Of a stretch of DNA of 41,594 nucleotides, positions 15,569 to 24,557 are shown piece after piece; position 1 is the stretch's first letter, and every line of letters begins with the position of its first letter. A program made the position numbers and the translations under genes. The stretch covers positions 1 to 41,594 of the forward strand of contig JBDRHA010000005.1 in NCBI GenBank assembly GCA_043817235.1, given 5' to 3'. The DNA comes from Candidatus Shapirobacteria bacterium (lineage in GTDB: Bacteria > Patescibacteriota > Microgenomatia > UBA12405 > BS750m-G30). Under the pieces are notes generated by a model. That model worked only from the letters and a program-made list of their open reading frames with translations. It ran no database searches and was not told the DNA's origin.

Positions 15569-16376
15569 GAGTAATTTTTTCTTTAGTTTTCTTGGGAAAC
15601 ATATATAGGCGCTGAATGAGGTAGGCAAGATAGTTGCTAAACACACCCCAGGGGTGTGCGAAGGCCACACTTCTGGGGTGTTGACCCCGCAGTGGCGGGG
15701 TAAAGGCATTGGGCAAGTACTTGGCTGCCCAAGAATTAGATGCCAAAAATTTTTCGTAAGTTCTATTTTTAGAATAAAGCGGTTTAATTAAGGCAATTTG
15801 ATAAGCATTAAATAAGTTTTGCTTGTATTTGGGTAAAGTTAAATTAGAAAAGTCTAGATATAAATTTAAACAAAGCTTATTTTTGGCGTCTTTTTTTCCG
15901 GGTTGGCGTACTGGGAATTTTGAGCTTTTGAGCAAGTAATAAATTTTTAGGCGGGCTATCCATAAGCTATTTGGGGCGGTGATGATTAGTAGATCTATGT
16001 CGTCTTTCGGTTGAGCTATGCCTAAGCTTAAGTTTCCGCTCAAGCCAACAAAAAAGACTTCGGGAATTTTTTTTAAAATCTGGGCTGATTTTTTGGCGAG
16101 CTCAAATTTATCCGGCCAGTTTTTTTCAAGTTTTTTTCTCCTGGCGATTAGGCTAAAAGCACCGGGCAAGAAATAATAACCGCAAGTTTGGCCGATCTTT
16201 TTTTGCTTTACCCGGTAATTTAATTTTCTGCAAAAAGAAGAAAAAGAGGAATAAGAATTAGGCGGGGGAGAAATTAATCTTTGATAAAGCTCTTTTTGGG
16301 TTAGAGGAAAAGAATATACTTTGGCATAAGCAAGGGTTTGAAGAAGGCAGGCAAGTAAGGAGTTTTTTTTGGCCAT
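15483..16376 (-). CDS. Nucleotidyltransferase-fold protein (pol-beta-like motif)
   Basis: 'FVGLSGNLSLG...KDDIDLLIIT' (G-S/N...DxD) preceded by a winged-helix-like N-terminus. Confidence 0.65.
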   Translation of the reverse strand: MAKKNSLLACLLQTLAYAKVYSFPLTQKELYQRLISPPPNSYSSFSSFCRKLNYRVKQKKIGQTCGYYFLPGAFSLIARRKKLEKNWPDKFELAKKSAQILKKIPEVFFVGLSGNLSLGIAQPKDDIDLLIITAPNSLWIARLKIYYLLKSSKFPVRQPGKKDAKNKLCLNLYLDFSNLTLPKYKQNLFNAYQIALIKPLYSKNRTYEKFLASNSWAAKYLPNAFTPPLRGQHPRSVAFAHPWGVFSNYLAYLIQRLYMFPKKTKEKITLTQAFFHPRPKTSPFDLLARKRPQNSQH

Positions 16377-16415
16377 CAGTTGATTTTACCATTGCTTTCT
16401 ATCTAAAATGGATTG

Positions 16416-17753
16416 ATGAAAAAAGGATTTTGGCTAATAATTTTATTTTTTCTTTATACTCCCAAAAGCGCTCGGGCCGAATTATCCAGCACTCAGGGCA
16501 TAGGTATTTGCCATTCGGCTGCCAGCCTAGACGAACAATTTAGCTGGTCTTATGAAGCCGGGCCAAGTGTTCAGTGGAAATATTTAGAGCCTAGTGCCGG
16601 AGTTTATAATTTTTCTGCTCTTGATGAGTTGATTAGAAGCTATCAAGGTCGAGGAGTAAAAATTTGGCTTTCTCTTCAAACTGTAGCTGGCAACCACGCC
16701 GCTCCGGCCTGGCTGGAGTCAATGGGAGCCAGGTGGTTTAAAATCGTTCGTTCAGATGGCCGAGATCATGGCCTGCTTGCCCCCTGGGATCAGGTTTATT
16801 TAGAGAGGCTGGCTATTTTTTTAAATGCGGTAAACGAGCACTTGGAAAGTCAATCTTCGGCTTACCAGCAAACCATTGGGGGAATTATGATGATGTCTGG
16901 CGGAATGTACGGAGAAATGCAGCTTTGGTCTGGGGGAGCGGAGGGAATTCTTATTAGCTCTTTAGGCTTAAATCCTGATAACTTAAATCAGGTTTATACT
17001 TTTCGGGCTGCTTACTATAATTCAGTTTTAAATTTGGTAGATCTTTATTTAGAAACCTTTAAGCGCTGGCCGGTTGCCCTGCAATTGGGCTATAACTCTC
17101 TTTTTATTCACCCGGAAACCAGGGCGCTTATTTCTTTAGATCAGGCGGTGGTAGAGAAAAAGGTGCCGGAGTATGGGGCCAGGCTGTTTTTAAAATATAA
17201 CGGCTTAGACCCCACTAATGTGGGCGATGGACTGGATAGTGCTCGCCAAAAAATCGCTAATTATTACCGTGATCTTTTTTCCAAGTGGTCTTCTCAAGCT
17301 CAGGTTGGCTTTGAAATCGGCCACCCTTGGCTTTTTGCTAATCCTCCGGATCAGGCCAGTTTTTTGGGAGGAAATTACTCTTGGGTAGTAGACAGATTTA
17401 CTAATATTTTTGAAATCGCTAAAGCGGCAAAGGTAAGCTTTGTTTGCTTTCAGACGGAAATGATCAGCGGCTTGCGCAGTGTTCCCGGGTGGCAGAAATT
17501 TGATGAGGATCTTAGGGCAGTTCCGTTGCCGACAACTACCTTAGATTGCTCGTGCTCGAGCTCGGCTGGACGGAGCTTTCTTGCTCAGGCGGATGCTGAT
17601 TGCAACAGCCAAACTGATTTAATTGATTATAACTACTGGTTTGAAGCTTTTGTTCGGAACAGTAGTTTTTATCGTCAGCAGGCAGATTTTGACTGCTCTG
17701 GAAGGGCAGGCATTGACGATTATGAAATTTGGCGGCAGAATTTTGCATTTTAA
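16416..17753 (+). CDS. Secreted clan-A glycoside hydrolase (GH42/GH35-like N-terminus) with C-terminal dockerin
   Basis: Signal peptide; 'WKYLEPSAGVYNFSALDELI', 'APAWL', 'PWDQVY'; paired EF-like repeats 'ADADCNSQTDLIDY...ADFDCSGRAGIDDY'. Confidence 0.75.
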   Translation: MKKGFWLIILFFLYTPKSARAELSSTQGIGICHSAASLDEQFSWSYEAGPSVQWKYLEPSAGVYNFSALDELIRSYQGRGVKIWLSLQTVAGNHAAPAWLESMGARWFKIVRSDGRDHGLLAPWDQVYLERLAIFLNAVNEHLESQSSAYQQTIGGIMMMSGGMYGEMQLWSGGAEGILISSLGLNPDNLNQVYTFRAAYYNSVLNLVDLYLETFKRWPVALQLGYNSLFIHPETRALISLDQAVVEKKVPEYGARLFLKYNGLDPTNVGDGLDSARQKIANYYRDLFSKWSSQAQVGFEIGHPWLFANPPDQASFLGGNYSWVVDRFTNIFEIAKAAKVSFVCFQTEMISGLRSVPGWQKFDEDLRAVPLPTTTLDCSCSSSAGRSFLAQADADCNSQTDLIDYNYWFEAFVRNSSFYRQQADFDCSGRAGIDDYEIWRQNFAF

Positions 17754-17762
17754 ATTTTTAAA

Positions 17763-19133
17763 ATGAAAAACAATAAGGTTTTGCCGAAAGTTCCGGCTTT
17801 AAAAAATATTATCGGGCCATCTTTTGTGCTCTTAGGGCTGGCTCTGGGCTCAGGCGAACTTGTTTTATGGCCCTACTTAGCTTCTCAATTTGGCTTAGGT
17901 TTGCTTTGGGGAGCGGTTTTGGGTATTTCTTTTCAATTTTTGCTAAATGCTGAGGCAATGCGCTACGCTCTTTGCTGGGGCGAATCGGTTTTTGTGGGCT
18001 TTCGGAAGCTAAATAAGTTTCTTCCGTTTTGGTTTATTATTTCTACTTTTATTCCCTGGTCTCTTCCCGGTTTTTCTTCGGGAGTAGCGGAAATTCTCTC
18101 TTCTCTTTTGGGTATTGAAAATAGCGTGTGGATAGCGATTTTCTTTTTGATTTTTGTCGGCCTAATTTTATCTTTAGGAAAAACTTTATATAAAACCCTG
18201 GAGCTTTTTCAAAAAACGGTCGTTTTGCTGGGCTTGCCCTTTATTATTTTTTTAGTGATTTTTTTTGCCAAGGGAGGAGATTGGCTTAAGCTGGCTTTGG
18301 GAATAGTGGGTAAGGGCGAGGGCTGGCGGCTAATCCCATCGGAAAATTCCGGATTGATATTGGCTTCCTTTTTAGGAGCGATTGCTTATGCTGGGGCAGG
18401 GGGAAATTTGAATTTGGCTCAGTCTTACTATATTAAAGAGAAAGGCTTTGGCATGGGCAGGTTTAGCACTAAAATTAGCTCTTTATTTAATAAAAGCTCC
18501 CCTAAGGCCGAGCTTGGCGGCGCTCTTTTTGCTAATACTCCTCAAAATCAAAAACGCTTTTTCTCCTGGTGGAAATTAATTCAAAAAGAGCACCTGCTGG
18601 TTTTTTGGTTTTTGGGCTTAATAACCATATTGCTTTTATCTCTGCTTTCTTACACCCTGGTTTTTGGCCAAGCCGGCCGCCAGGGTTTTGATTTCCTTTT
18701 TAGCGAAAGCCAGGTGGTGGGCCGCTCTTTGGGTGGTTTTGGCCGAGTGGCTTTTTTACTGCTGGCGGCCGGTATGCTTTATTCCACCCAAGTGGGAGTT
18801 TTGGAATCAACTTCTCGGATTATTTCCGAAAACCTGCTTTTGGTTAATTACCAAAAAGGGAAAAAAGTAAACGCTTCTTTATATTTTTATTTAGCTCTTT
18901 GGTTTCAGATTACACTCGGCATTATTGTCTTGCTTTTGGGCTGGACCGAGCCTCGCTTCTTGCTAACGCTCTCGGCAGTGCTTAATGCTTTAAGCATGAC
19001 TATTGCTTTTCCTTTAATCTGGCTTTTGAATAAGAAGAAACTGCCAAAATTTGCCCAAATGCCGCCCTTAAGGCAAGTTTTTTATTGGCTGGGATTTTTG
19101 TTTTTAGCTGTCTTTTTAGTGGTTATAATTTAA
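17763..19133 (+). CDS. Nramp-like (YcsG-type) membrane transporter
   Basis: 'IIGPSFVLLGLALGSGELVLWP' and about 11 hydrophobic segments. Confidence 0.75.
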   Translation: MKNNKVLPKVPALKNIIGPSFVLLGLALGSGELVLWPYLASQFGLGLLWGAVLGISFQFLLNAEAMRYALCWGESVFVGFRKLNKFLPFWFIISTFIPWSLPGFSSGVAEILSSLLGIENSVWIAIFFLIFVGLILSLGKTLYKTLELFQKTVVLLGLPFIIFLVIFFAKGGDWLKLALGIVGKGEGWRLIPSENSGLILASFLGAIAYAGAGGNLNLAQSYYIKEKGFGMGRFSTKISSLFNKSSPKAELGGALFANTPQNQKRFFSWWKLIQKEHLLVFWFLGLITILLLSLLSYTLVFGQAGRQGFDFLFSESQVVGRSLGGFGRVAFLLLAAGMLYSTQVGVLESTSRIISENLLLVNYQKGKKVNASLYFYLALWFQITLGIIVLLLGWTEPRFLLTLSAVLNALSMTIAFPLIWLLNKKKLPKFAQMPPLRQVFYWLGFLFLAVFLVVII

Positions 19134-19587
19134 TTTGGCATTCGGCCATTTCCTCGGCTTCCCGCTGTTGGGCTACTATTTCAGTCAGAGCTTGATAAAG
19201 TTCAGTTAAACGATCTTCTTCTTTAAAGCTTAGAGCGTCTGCTTTTCCCAAAAGAATAAGAATTAAAAATTCTCTAGAATAAGCTTTCATTTCATCAGTT
19301 TCGCTGAAACTAAGCGGTCGGCCGTCTCTGGTTAATTGGGGATTATAAGCAAAGCAACTTGCTTCAAAAGCAACAGAAAATAAAGCCCCCGCTTCTTTTT
19401 CAGTAAAGTACCTGCTTAATAAAAGGAAAGAATCGTTGGAGACAGGGAGCTGATCCACAATCAGACATGCTAATTCCGAAGCGGTTTGTTTATCGGGGGA
19501 ATCTTCAAAATTTCTAATTGCCGCTTCAGTATAATCCTCTCTTGTTATTAGGCCCTTGCATTCTGTTTGCAAATATTCACGGCTCAT
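19123..19587 (-). CDS. Hypothetical protein
   Basis: 154-aa ORF with TGcTATAAT 7 nt upstream of the ATG (leaderless). Confidence 0.65.
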   Translation of the reverse strand: MSREYLQTECKGLITREDYTEAAIRNFEDSPDKQTASELACLIVDQLPVSNDSFLLLSRYFTEKEAGALFSVAFEASCFAYNPQLTRDGRPLSFSETDEMKAYSREFLILILLGKADALSFKEEDRLTELYQALTEIVAQQREAEEMAECQIKL

Positions 19588-19616
19588 AAGAAATATTATA
19601 GCATAAATTTGTTTTG

Positions 19617-19687
19617 AGGCCTGGAGGGGATTTGCACCCCTGTGGACGGTTTTGCAGACCGCTTCCTAGCTACTCGGACACCAGGCC
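19617..19687 (-). tRNA. tRNA-Cys(GCA)
   Basis: GGCCTGG-TGTCCGAGTAGCTAGGA-AGCGGTCTGCAAAACCGT-CCAC-AGGGGTGCAAATCCCCT-CCAGGCC-T folds as a cloverleaf with anticodon GCA and U discriminator; CCA not encoded. Confidence 0.95.
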
Positions 19688-19761
19688 TAATTAGATGTTA
19701 CGCTATATTATAACGTTTTTAACTTGATTTTTTAAATCTAAACTAAGGCTATGAATAGTTT

Positions 19762-19957
19762 CGGGCTTGATAAATCAAACCCCTACAGAAAGACAAATCA
19801 ACCAAATGGCATTGCCAGAAACAATGTCATCTCGAGCGTAGTCGAGAGATCTTCGGAGCTAAAAGATCCTTCGGCTGCGCCCCGCAGCTGCGGGGCTTCG
19901 CTCAGGATGACCAGGGCTCTCGGCCTGCGCGGGGATGACAATACCCTTCGCAACGAC
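19762..19957. repeat. Composite nested REP-like element
   Basis: Near-identical to 22053-22284, 32438-32606 and 34751-34900. Confidence 0.9.
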
Positions 19958-19975
19958 AAATCCCCTCCAGGCCTC
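19957..19975 (+). repeat. Inverted copy of the tRNA-Cys 3' end (att-like)
   Basis: CAAATCCCCTCCAGGCCTC is the exact reverse complement of 19616-19634. Confidence 0.9.
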
Positions 19976-20042
19976 TTAAAACATATTCCTTTCATTTCCT
20001 CTTTTCCTATTCTACTTTTTAGTTTAAGGTAAAATATTGCCA

Positions 20043-20522
20043 ATGCGTATAAAAGTCAAAAGAAGTTTAAGAAGAAGAAAAACAATAAGTGCTCATTTAA
20101 AAGGCGGGATAATGGAATTGCACGTGCCCTATTTTTTATCAGCGGCAAAAATCAATTATTATGCTGATCTTTTTGCCCGAAAACTACGCCAAAAAGATAG
20201 AGGAATAAGTAATACATATTTAAAGAAAAGGGCTGATTTACTGGCTAAAAAGTATTCGTTAAAAAAACTGCCGGACTTCCAGATTAGCTGGTCTTTGCGT
20301 CAGCAGAAAATTTTTGGGGTCTGCGATTCTAAAAATAAAAAAATTAGAATCTCCGCTCGTTTAAAAAAAGCGCCTTCCTGGGTAATTGATTATTTAATTT
20401 TGCATGAAGCGGCCCATCTTATATATTCCGGCCATGGAAAAGACTTTTGGCAAGCGGTAAATAAATATCCTAAAGCCAAAGAAGCCAAGGCCTTTTTAAA
20501 GGGAGTAAACTTTTGCTCTTGA
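20043..20522 (+). CDS. YgjP/DUF45 (SprT-like) metal-dependent hydrolase
   Basis: 'RSLRRRKTISA', 'FGVC...IRISARL...P.WVIDYLILHEAAHL...HGKDFW'. Confidence 0.85.
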   Translation: MRIKVKRSLRRRKTISAHLKGGIMELHVPYFLSAAKINYYADLFARKLRQKDRGISNTYLKKRADLLAKKYSLKKLPDFQISWSLRQQKIFGVCDSKNKKIRISARLKKAPSWVIDYLILHEAAHLIYSGHGKDFWQAVNKYPKAKEAKAFLKGVNFCS

Positions 20523-20546
20523 CCCCGTGCCAGTTTGCACTTCTGA

Positions 20547-20639
20547 GTCATTCCGAGCGAGTCCCGAGTACTCGGGAGGAGTCGAGGAATCTTTGGGAAT
20601 TAGGCAGGGCGAAGATCCCTCGACTTCGCTCGGGATGAC
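20547..20639. repeat. GTCAT...ATGAC palindromic element
   Basis: gtcattccgagcga...gtcgaggaatct...agatccctcgacttcgctcgggatgac. Confidence 0.85.
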
Positions 20640-20690
20640 TGTGGACCTGATTAGTGTCGGGATGATTAAAATGCACATTACATTTTGCTC

Positions 20691-20720
20691 TTGACAAAAA
20701 TTACTAAGCTGGTTTACAAT
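20691..20720 (+). promoter_or_regulatory. rho promoter
   Basis: TTGACA-18bp-TACAAT; SD AAGGAG before ATG 20813. Confidence 0.7.
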
Positions 20721-20812
20721 AATAAAGATTTCGTGCCCTCTTTAGTTTTCCGCGGAAAGATAATGAAAAAAGCTATTTTTAAATAAATTATAAATTTTAA
20801 AGGAGATATTTT

Positions 20813-22021
20813 ATGCCTACACCCACTAATAAAACTTCTTCAGAAAGAGAGCCAGTGAAACAAGATTTCGTGACTGCCGATGATTATTCCCGCTCAATGC
20901 CTGACGCTCACCTGCCCACAGAATTTTCCCAAGGAATTTTAGACATGACTCCGGACGGACATGGCTTTTTGCGGCCTAATTTTATTCCTTCCAATAAAGA
21001 TATTTATATTTCTGCCTCCCAAGTTCATCGTTTTCGCTTACGCGAAGGGGATATGGTTGGCGGCCAAGTTAGATCGCCAAAAGAAAATGAACGTTATTAC
21101 GGCATTTTGAAAATTGAAAAAGTAAACGGTGAGCCGGTGGAAAAAATTCAGTCTCGTCCTTGGTTTAATGACATGACTCCGATTTTCCCCGAGCCCCAGA
21201 TAAAAATGGAAATAGGCAAAGAGCCGGTTTCGCTGCGAATGATTGACCTGGTTTCTCCGGTGGGCTTTGGCCAGCGGGGCTTGATTGTTTCCCCGCCTAA
21301 GGCCGGAAAAACCTGGCTATTAAAAGACATTGCCGCCGGGGTAGCTAAAAATTATCCCAAAATTCACCTTATGGCGGTTTTAATTGGTGAGCGGCCGGAA
21401 GAGGTAACAGATATTCGCCGCAGTGTAAAAGGAGAAGTGATTGCTTCTAATTTTGATGAACCGCCCGATTACCAAACCAGGGCGGCCGAAGTTGCTATTG
21501 AGCGGGCAAAAAGATTAGTGGAAATGGATAAAAATGTTTTTGTAATTTTGGATTCTATTACTCGGTTGGCCCGGGCTTATAACTTGGCGATTCCTACCTC
21601 CGGAAGAACTTTGTCAGGAGGGTTTGACCCGGCGGCTTTATATCCGGCCAAGCGCTTTTTTGGAGCGGCTCGGAATATTGAGAACAGAGGTTCGTTAACG
21701 ATTATTGGTACGGCCCTGGTGGATACGGGCTCTCGGATGGATGATCTAGTTTACGAGGAATTTAAAGGAACAGGAAACATGGAGCTGCATTTAGATCGCC
21801 GGCTGGCAGAAAGAAGAATTTATCCGGCAATTGATATTCAGCGCTCAGGCACCAGAAAAGAGGAATTGCTTTATGATCAAAAAACTTATCCGGCTGTGGT
21901 GCGAATGCGGCGGATGATTGACTTGCTGGGCAAAGAAGAGCGAACCGAAGCCTTTGTGGAGCAATTGGCCAAGACTAAGGATAACAAGGCTTTTTTGAAG
22001 AATTTGAATAATCAGAAATAG
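20813..22021 (+). CDS. rho: Transcription termination factor Rho
   Basis: 'GILDMTPDGHGFLR', 'GQRGLIVSPPKAGKT', 'ERPEEVTD', 'LDSITRLARAYN', 'EEFKGTGNMELHLDR'. Confidence 0.99.
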   Translation: MPTPTNKTSSEREPVKQDFVTADDYSRSMPDAHLPTEFSQGILDMTPDGHGFLRPNFIPSNKDIYISASQVHRFRLREGDMVGGQVRSPKENERYYGILKIEKVNGEPVEKIQSRPWFNDMTPIFPEPQIKMEIGKEPVSLRMIDLVSPVGFGQRGLIVSPPKAGKTWLLKDIAAGVAKNYPKIHLMAVLIGERPEEVTDIRRSVKGEVIASNFDEPPDYQTRAAEVAIERAKRLVEMDKNVFVILDSITRLARAYNLAIPTSGRTLSGGFDPAALYPAKRFFGAARNIENRGSLTIIGTALVDTGSRMDDLVYEEFKGTGNMELHLDRRLAERRIYPAIDIQRSGTRKEELLYDQKTYPAVVRMRRMIDLLGKEERTEAFVEQLAKTKDNKAFLKNLNNQK

Positions 22022-22052
22022 ATAGTAAATCTCAAGTTCCAAATTTCAAACA

Positions 22053-22284
22053 CGGGTTTGATGAATAAAACCCCCTGCAAAAAGACAAATCAACCAAATG
22101 TCATTGCCAGAAACAATGTCATCTCGAGCGTAGTCGAGAGATCTTCGGAACTAAAAGATCCTTCGGCTACGCCCCGCGAGTCGCGGGGCTTCGCTCAGGA
22201 TGACATTGAGAACAGGTCCCCGCCTGCGCGGGGATGACAGAAACTCTCAACCTTCGTCAGGATGACAATATTCCTCGCAATGAC
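22053..22284. repeat. Composite nested REP-like element between convergent rho and radA
   Basis: An outer GTCATTGC...GCAATGAC pair encloses GTCATC...GATGAC units and CCCCGCGAGTCGCGGGG. Confidence 0.9.
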
Positions 22285-22297
22285 AGTTTAAAATTTC

Positions 22298-23632
22298 TTA
22301 GAATATTTTCTTCAGCTCCCTAATATTCCCAATTCGGTTTTGGTTAAAAATCTTTTTTATCCCCAAATTTCGGGCTTGCTTTTTCCTGCCCGTTTCTTGG
22401 GAGGCTTTTCCTACTTCGCCAAGCAAGGAAACTTCGCCCCAAAAACTGCTTAAAGCAGGGAGGGGCTTAGATTTATAAGAAGAATAAAGGCTGGCGCAAA
22501 CCGCCAGATCCACGGCCGGCTCTTTAATCGTTAATCCTCCGGCAACATTTAGAAAAATATCATATTTAAAAAGAGGAAGATAAAGATATTTTTGGGTAAC
22601 GGCAATCAGCATTTCTGCCCGATTCCGGCTCAATCCGGTAATGACTCGTTTGGGGTAGGGAGTAAAGCTTTGAGTGGTTAAGGCTTGAATTTCGCTATTG
22701 AGAAGCCGGCTTCCTTCTTCGGCCACCGTAAAAGCTGAGCCAACTTTCGTGGAGGTGAGATTTTTAATTAATATCTCATTTTCTGCGGGTATTAGGCCCC
22801 TGGCGGTCATTTGAAAAAGGCCGACCTCGTCGGTAGGACCAAAGCGGTTTTTAGTGGTTCGAAGCAAGCGCAAATTCGCTCTTTTCTCTCCTTCAAAATA
22901 AATAACCGTATCCACCGCATGCTCTAAAACCTTCGGCCCGGCAATATTGCCTTGTTTGGTAACATGGCCAACGAGCAAGGTTGGCACATAGTTTCTTTTG
23001 GCAAAGCTAATAAGCCTTTGGGCGGATTCTCTTACCTGGCCAACAGACCCGGCCATGCCCGACAAGTCAGCGGTAGACAAACTTTGAATAGAATCAATGA
23101 TGACCAGAGGTGGCCCGCCCGCCTCCTTGGCGGGCGAGGCGAGAGCGGGGGTTTGATTGAGGTAATCAATAATCTGGTCAACGTTAGTCGCTGGCAGCAA
23201 AAATAAATTAGAGTTTTTCAAAGAGGTTTTTTGCAGCCTTTTGACGCGCAAAAAAACCTGCTCCGGTGATTCTTCGCCGCAAACATAGTAGATGGTCTGT
23301 CGATGAGGCAGACTTAAGGCTAACTGTGTTAGCAAGGTGCTTTTGCCAATACCGGGCTCGCCGGAAAACAAGACAACCTGGCCAGGAACCAAGCCGCCGC
23401 CCAAGACCTGATCTAGCTCTTTAATATTAGTTTCGGTTTTTCCAATTTTCTCTTTTTTAATTTGTTTTAGATTGAAGGCTGATAAAGAAGCGCTATTCTG
23501 GCTTTTTGTTGGCGACTTGATTACGGTTTCCACCAACGTATTCCAGGCACTGCAGTTTGGGCATTGGCCAAGCCACTTGGGAGAAGAGCAGTTGCAGTTT
23601 TGGCAGATAAAACTAGTGCGGGTTTTTGCCAT
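22298..23632 (-). CDS. radA: DNA repair protein RadA/Sms
   Basis: Zn finger 'CQNC...WLGQCPNC', Walker A 'GEPGIGKSTLL', 'KNRFG', Lon-like C-terminus. Confidence 0.98.
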   Translation of the reverse strand: MAKTRTSFICQNCNCSSPKWLGQCPNCSAWNTLVETVIKSPTKSQNSASLSAFNLKQIKKEKIGKTETNIKELDQVLGGGLVPGQVVLFSGEPGIGKSTLLTQLALSLPHRQTIYYVCGEESPEQVFLRVKRLQKTSLKNSNLFLLPATNVDQIIDYLNQTPALASPAKEAGGPPLVIIDSIQSLSTADLSGMAGSVGQVRESAQRLISFAKRNYVPTLLVGHVTKQGNIAGPKVLEHAVDTVIYFEGEKRANLRLLRTTKNRFGPTDEVGLFQMTARGLIPAENEILIKNLTSTKVGSAFTVAEEGSRLLNSEIQALTTQSFTPYPKRVITGLSRNRAEMLIAVTQKYLYLPLFKYDIFLNVAGGLTIKEPAVDLAVCASLYSSYKSKPLPALSSFWGEVSLLGEVGKASQETGRKKQARNLGIKKIFNQNRIGNIRELKKIF

Positions 23633-23679
23633 GATTGATTATAACAGGAGAAATAATAAATCCTAATTGTGAGTTCTTT

Positions 23680-23853
23680 GTCATTCCGAGCGAAGCCCCG
23701 CGAGTCGCGGGGCGAAGTCGAGGCCATGCCCGCCATCCGGCCTGAGCCGTCAGGCGATGGCAGGCGGGAATCTTTGGGATCGATTAGAATATTTTTCTGA
23801 TTTAAGAAAGATCCCTCGGTTACACTCGGGATGACAGGAATCCTCGCAATGAC
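23680..23853. repeat. Composite nested REP-like element
   Basis: gtcattccgagcgaagccccgcgagtcgcggggcgaagtcgagg...ctcgggatgac...ctcgcaatgac, with an inserted TGCCCGCCATC...GATGGCAGGC unit. Confidence 0.85.
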
Positions 23854-24006
23854 AACGAGGTTTTCCACATAAACATATTTATATGTTAACACCCCTCGTT
23901 TTGAACCTAAAATACATAATAACATATACTACAGGGTAGGGGGAAAAGGGGAGTAGAATAATTTATAGGACTTGACAAGTTTTGAAAAAACATGTAAATT
24001 CAGTTG

Positions 24007-24156
24007 ATGAAAGAAAAAATACTTCAGTTTTTGGGCAAGGCTAGAGTCGTTTTTGGGCCTAAGAATAGCAAAAAAGACCGCGCGGGCGACTTAAAAAGAT
24101 CAGGAAAATTAGGGGGAAGACTGATTATTATGCAGGCGACGACAACTTTACTTTAA
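24007..24156 (+). CDS. Possible leaderless small basic protein (49 aa)
   Basis: TTGACA(23972)-17bp-TAAATT lies 6 nt before the ATG; translates MKEKILQFLGKARVVFGPKNSKKDRAGDLKRSGKLGGRLIIMQATTTLL. Confidence 0.35.
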   Translation: MKEKILQFLGKARVVFGPKNSKKDRAGDLKRSGKLGGRLIIMQATTTLL

Positions 24157-24167
24157 CATTATATAAA

Positions 24168-24231
24168 ATGAAAGAGCATCGTTAGCGTCTACACGGGCTA
24201 GGAGTGTGTGCGCATAACAATGCCCCTTCAC
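24168..24231 (-). ncRNA. Candidate small hairpin RNA
   Basis: Minus-strand GTGAAGGGGCATTGTTA pairs with TAACGATGCTCTTTCAT using G-U pairs and is followed by a T-run; upstream TTGACA-17bp-TATTTT. Confidence 0.35.
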
Positions 24232-24318
24232 TTTTAAAAATACACGGGCTTAAAATATTTGTCAAGAAAAAATTTAACCCTTTTTTAGATAAATTTAGGC
24301 CGCGTTAGCCTTGATTTA

Positions 24319-24381
24319 AGACCGTTTTTCTTGGAGGGTGGTATGTGGGGCAGGCATATCACCTTCCACTAAAGATGGTCT
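24319..24381 (+). other. Long imperfect hairpin
   Basis: AGACCGTTTT..TGGAGGGTGGTATG pairs with CATATCACCTTCCA..AAAGATGGTCT, with G-U pairs on the plus strand. Confidence 0.45.
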
Positions 24382-24455
24382 TTTCGCTTCGCGATAATTT
24401 CTAAGCTCCAAACAAATACCAAATTCTAATTCTTAAAATTCTAAACGAAGACGGT

Positions 24456-24527
24456 GTCATTGCGAGGAGTCGGCGACGAAGCAATCCCCTTGGGAAAGCA
24501 AGATTGCCACGCTTCGCTCGCAATGAC
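24456..24527. repeat. GTCATTGCGAG...CTCGCAATGAC palindromic element (RPE-like)
   Basis: gtcattgcgaggagtcggcgacgaagcaatc...gattgccacgcttcgctcgcaatgac. Confidence 0.85.
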
Positions 24528-24557
24528 AAAGTTTACGTTTTTTGTTATCCTGATTTT

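Noticed and set aside
23862-23892. dif site (CATAA...TATGTTAA resemblance)
   Set aside because: The spacing and XerD arm do not fit the 11-6-11 consensus.
24181-24310. Integron attC site (GTTAGCG, GCATAAC and GTTAGCC core-like heptamers)
   Set aside because: The paired cores are in the reverse order for attC, the GCATAAC...GTTAGCC interval is not palindromic, and there is no intI.
24504-24557. TTG start at 24504 for the first glycosidase
   Set aside because: It lies inside a repeat element; GTG 24558 gives a proper signal peptide.
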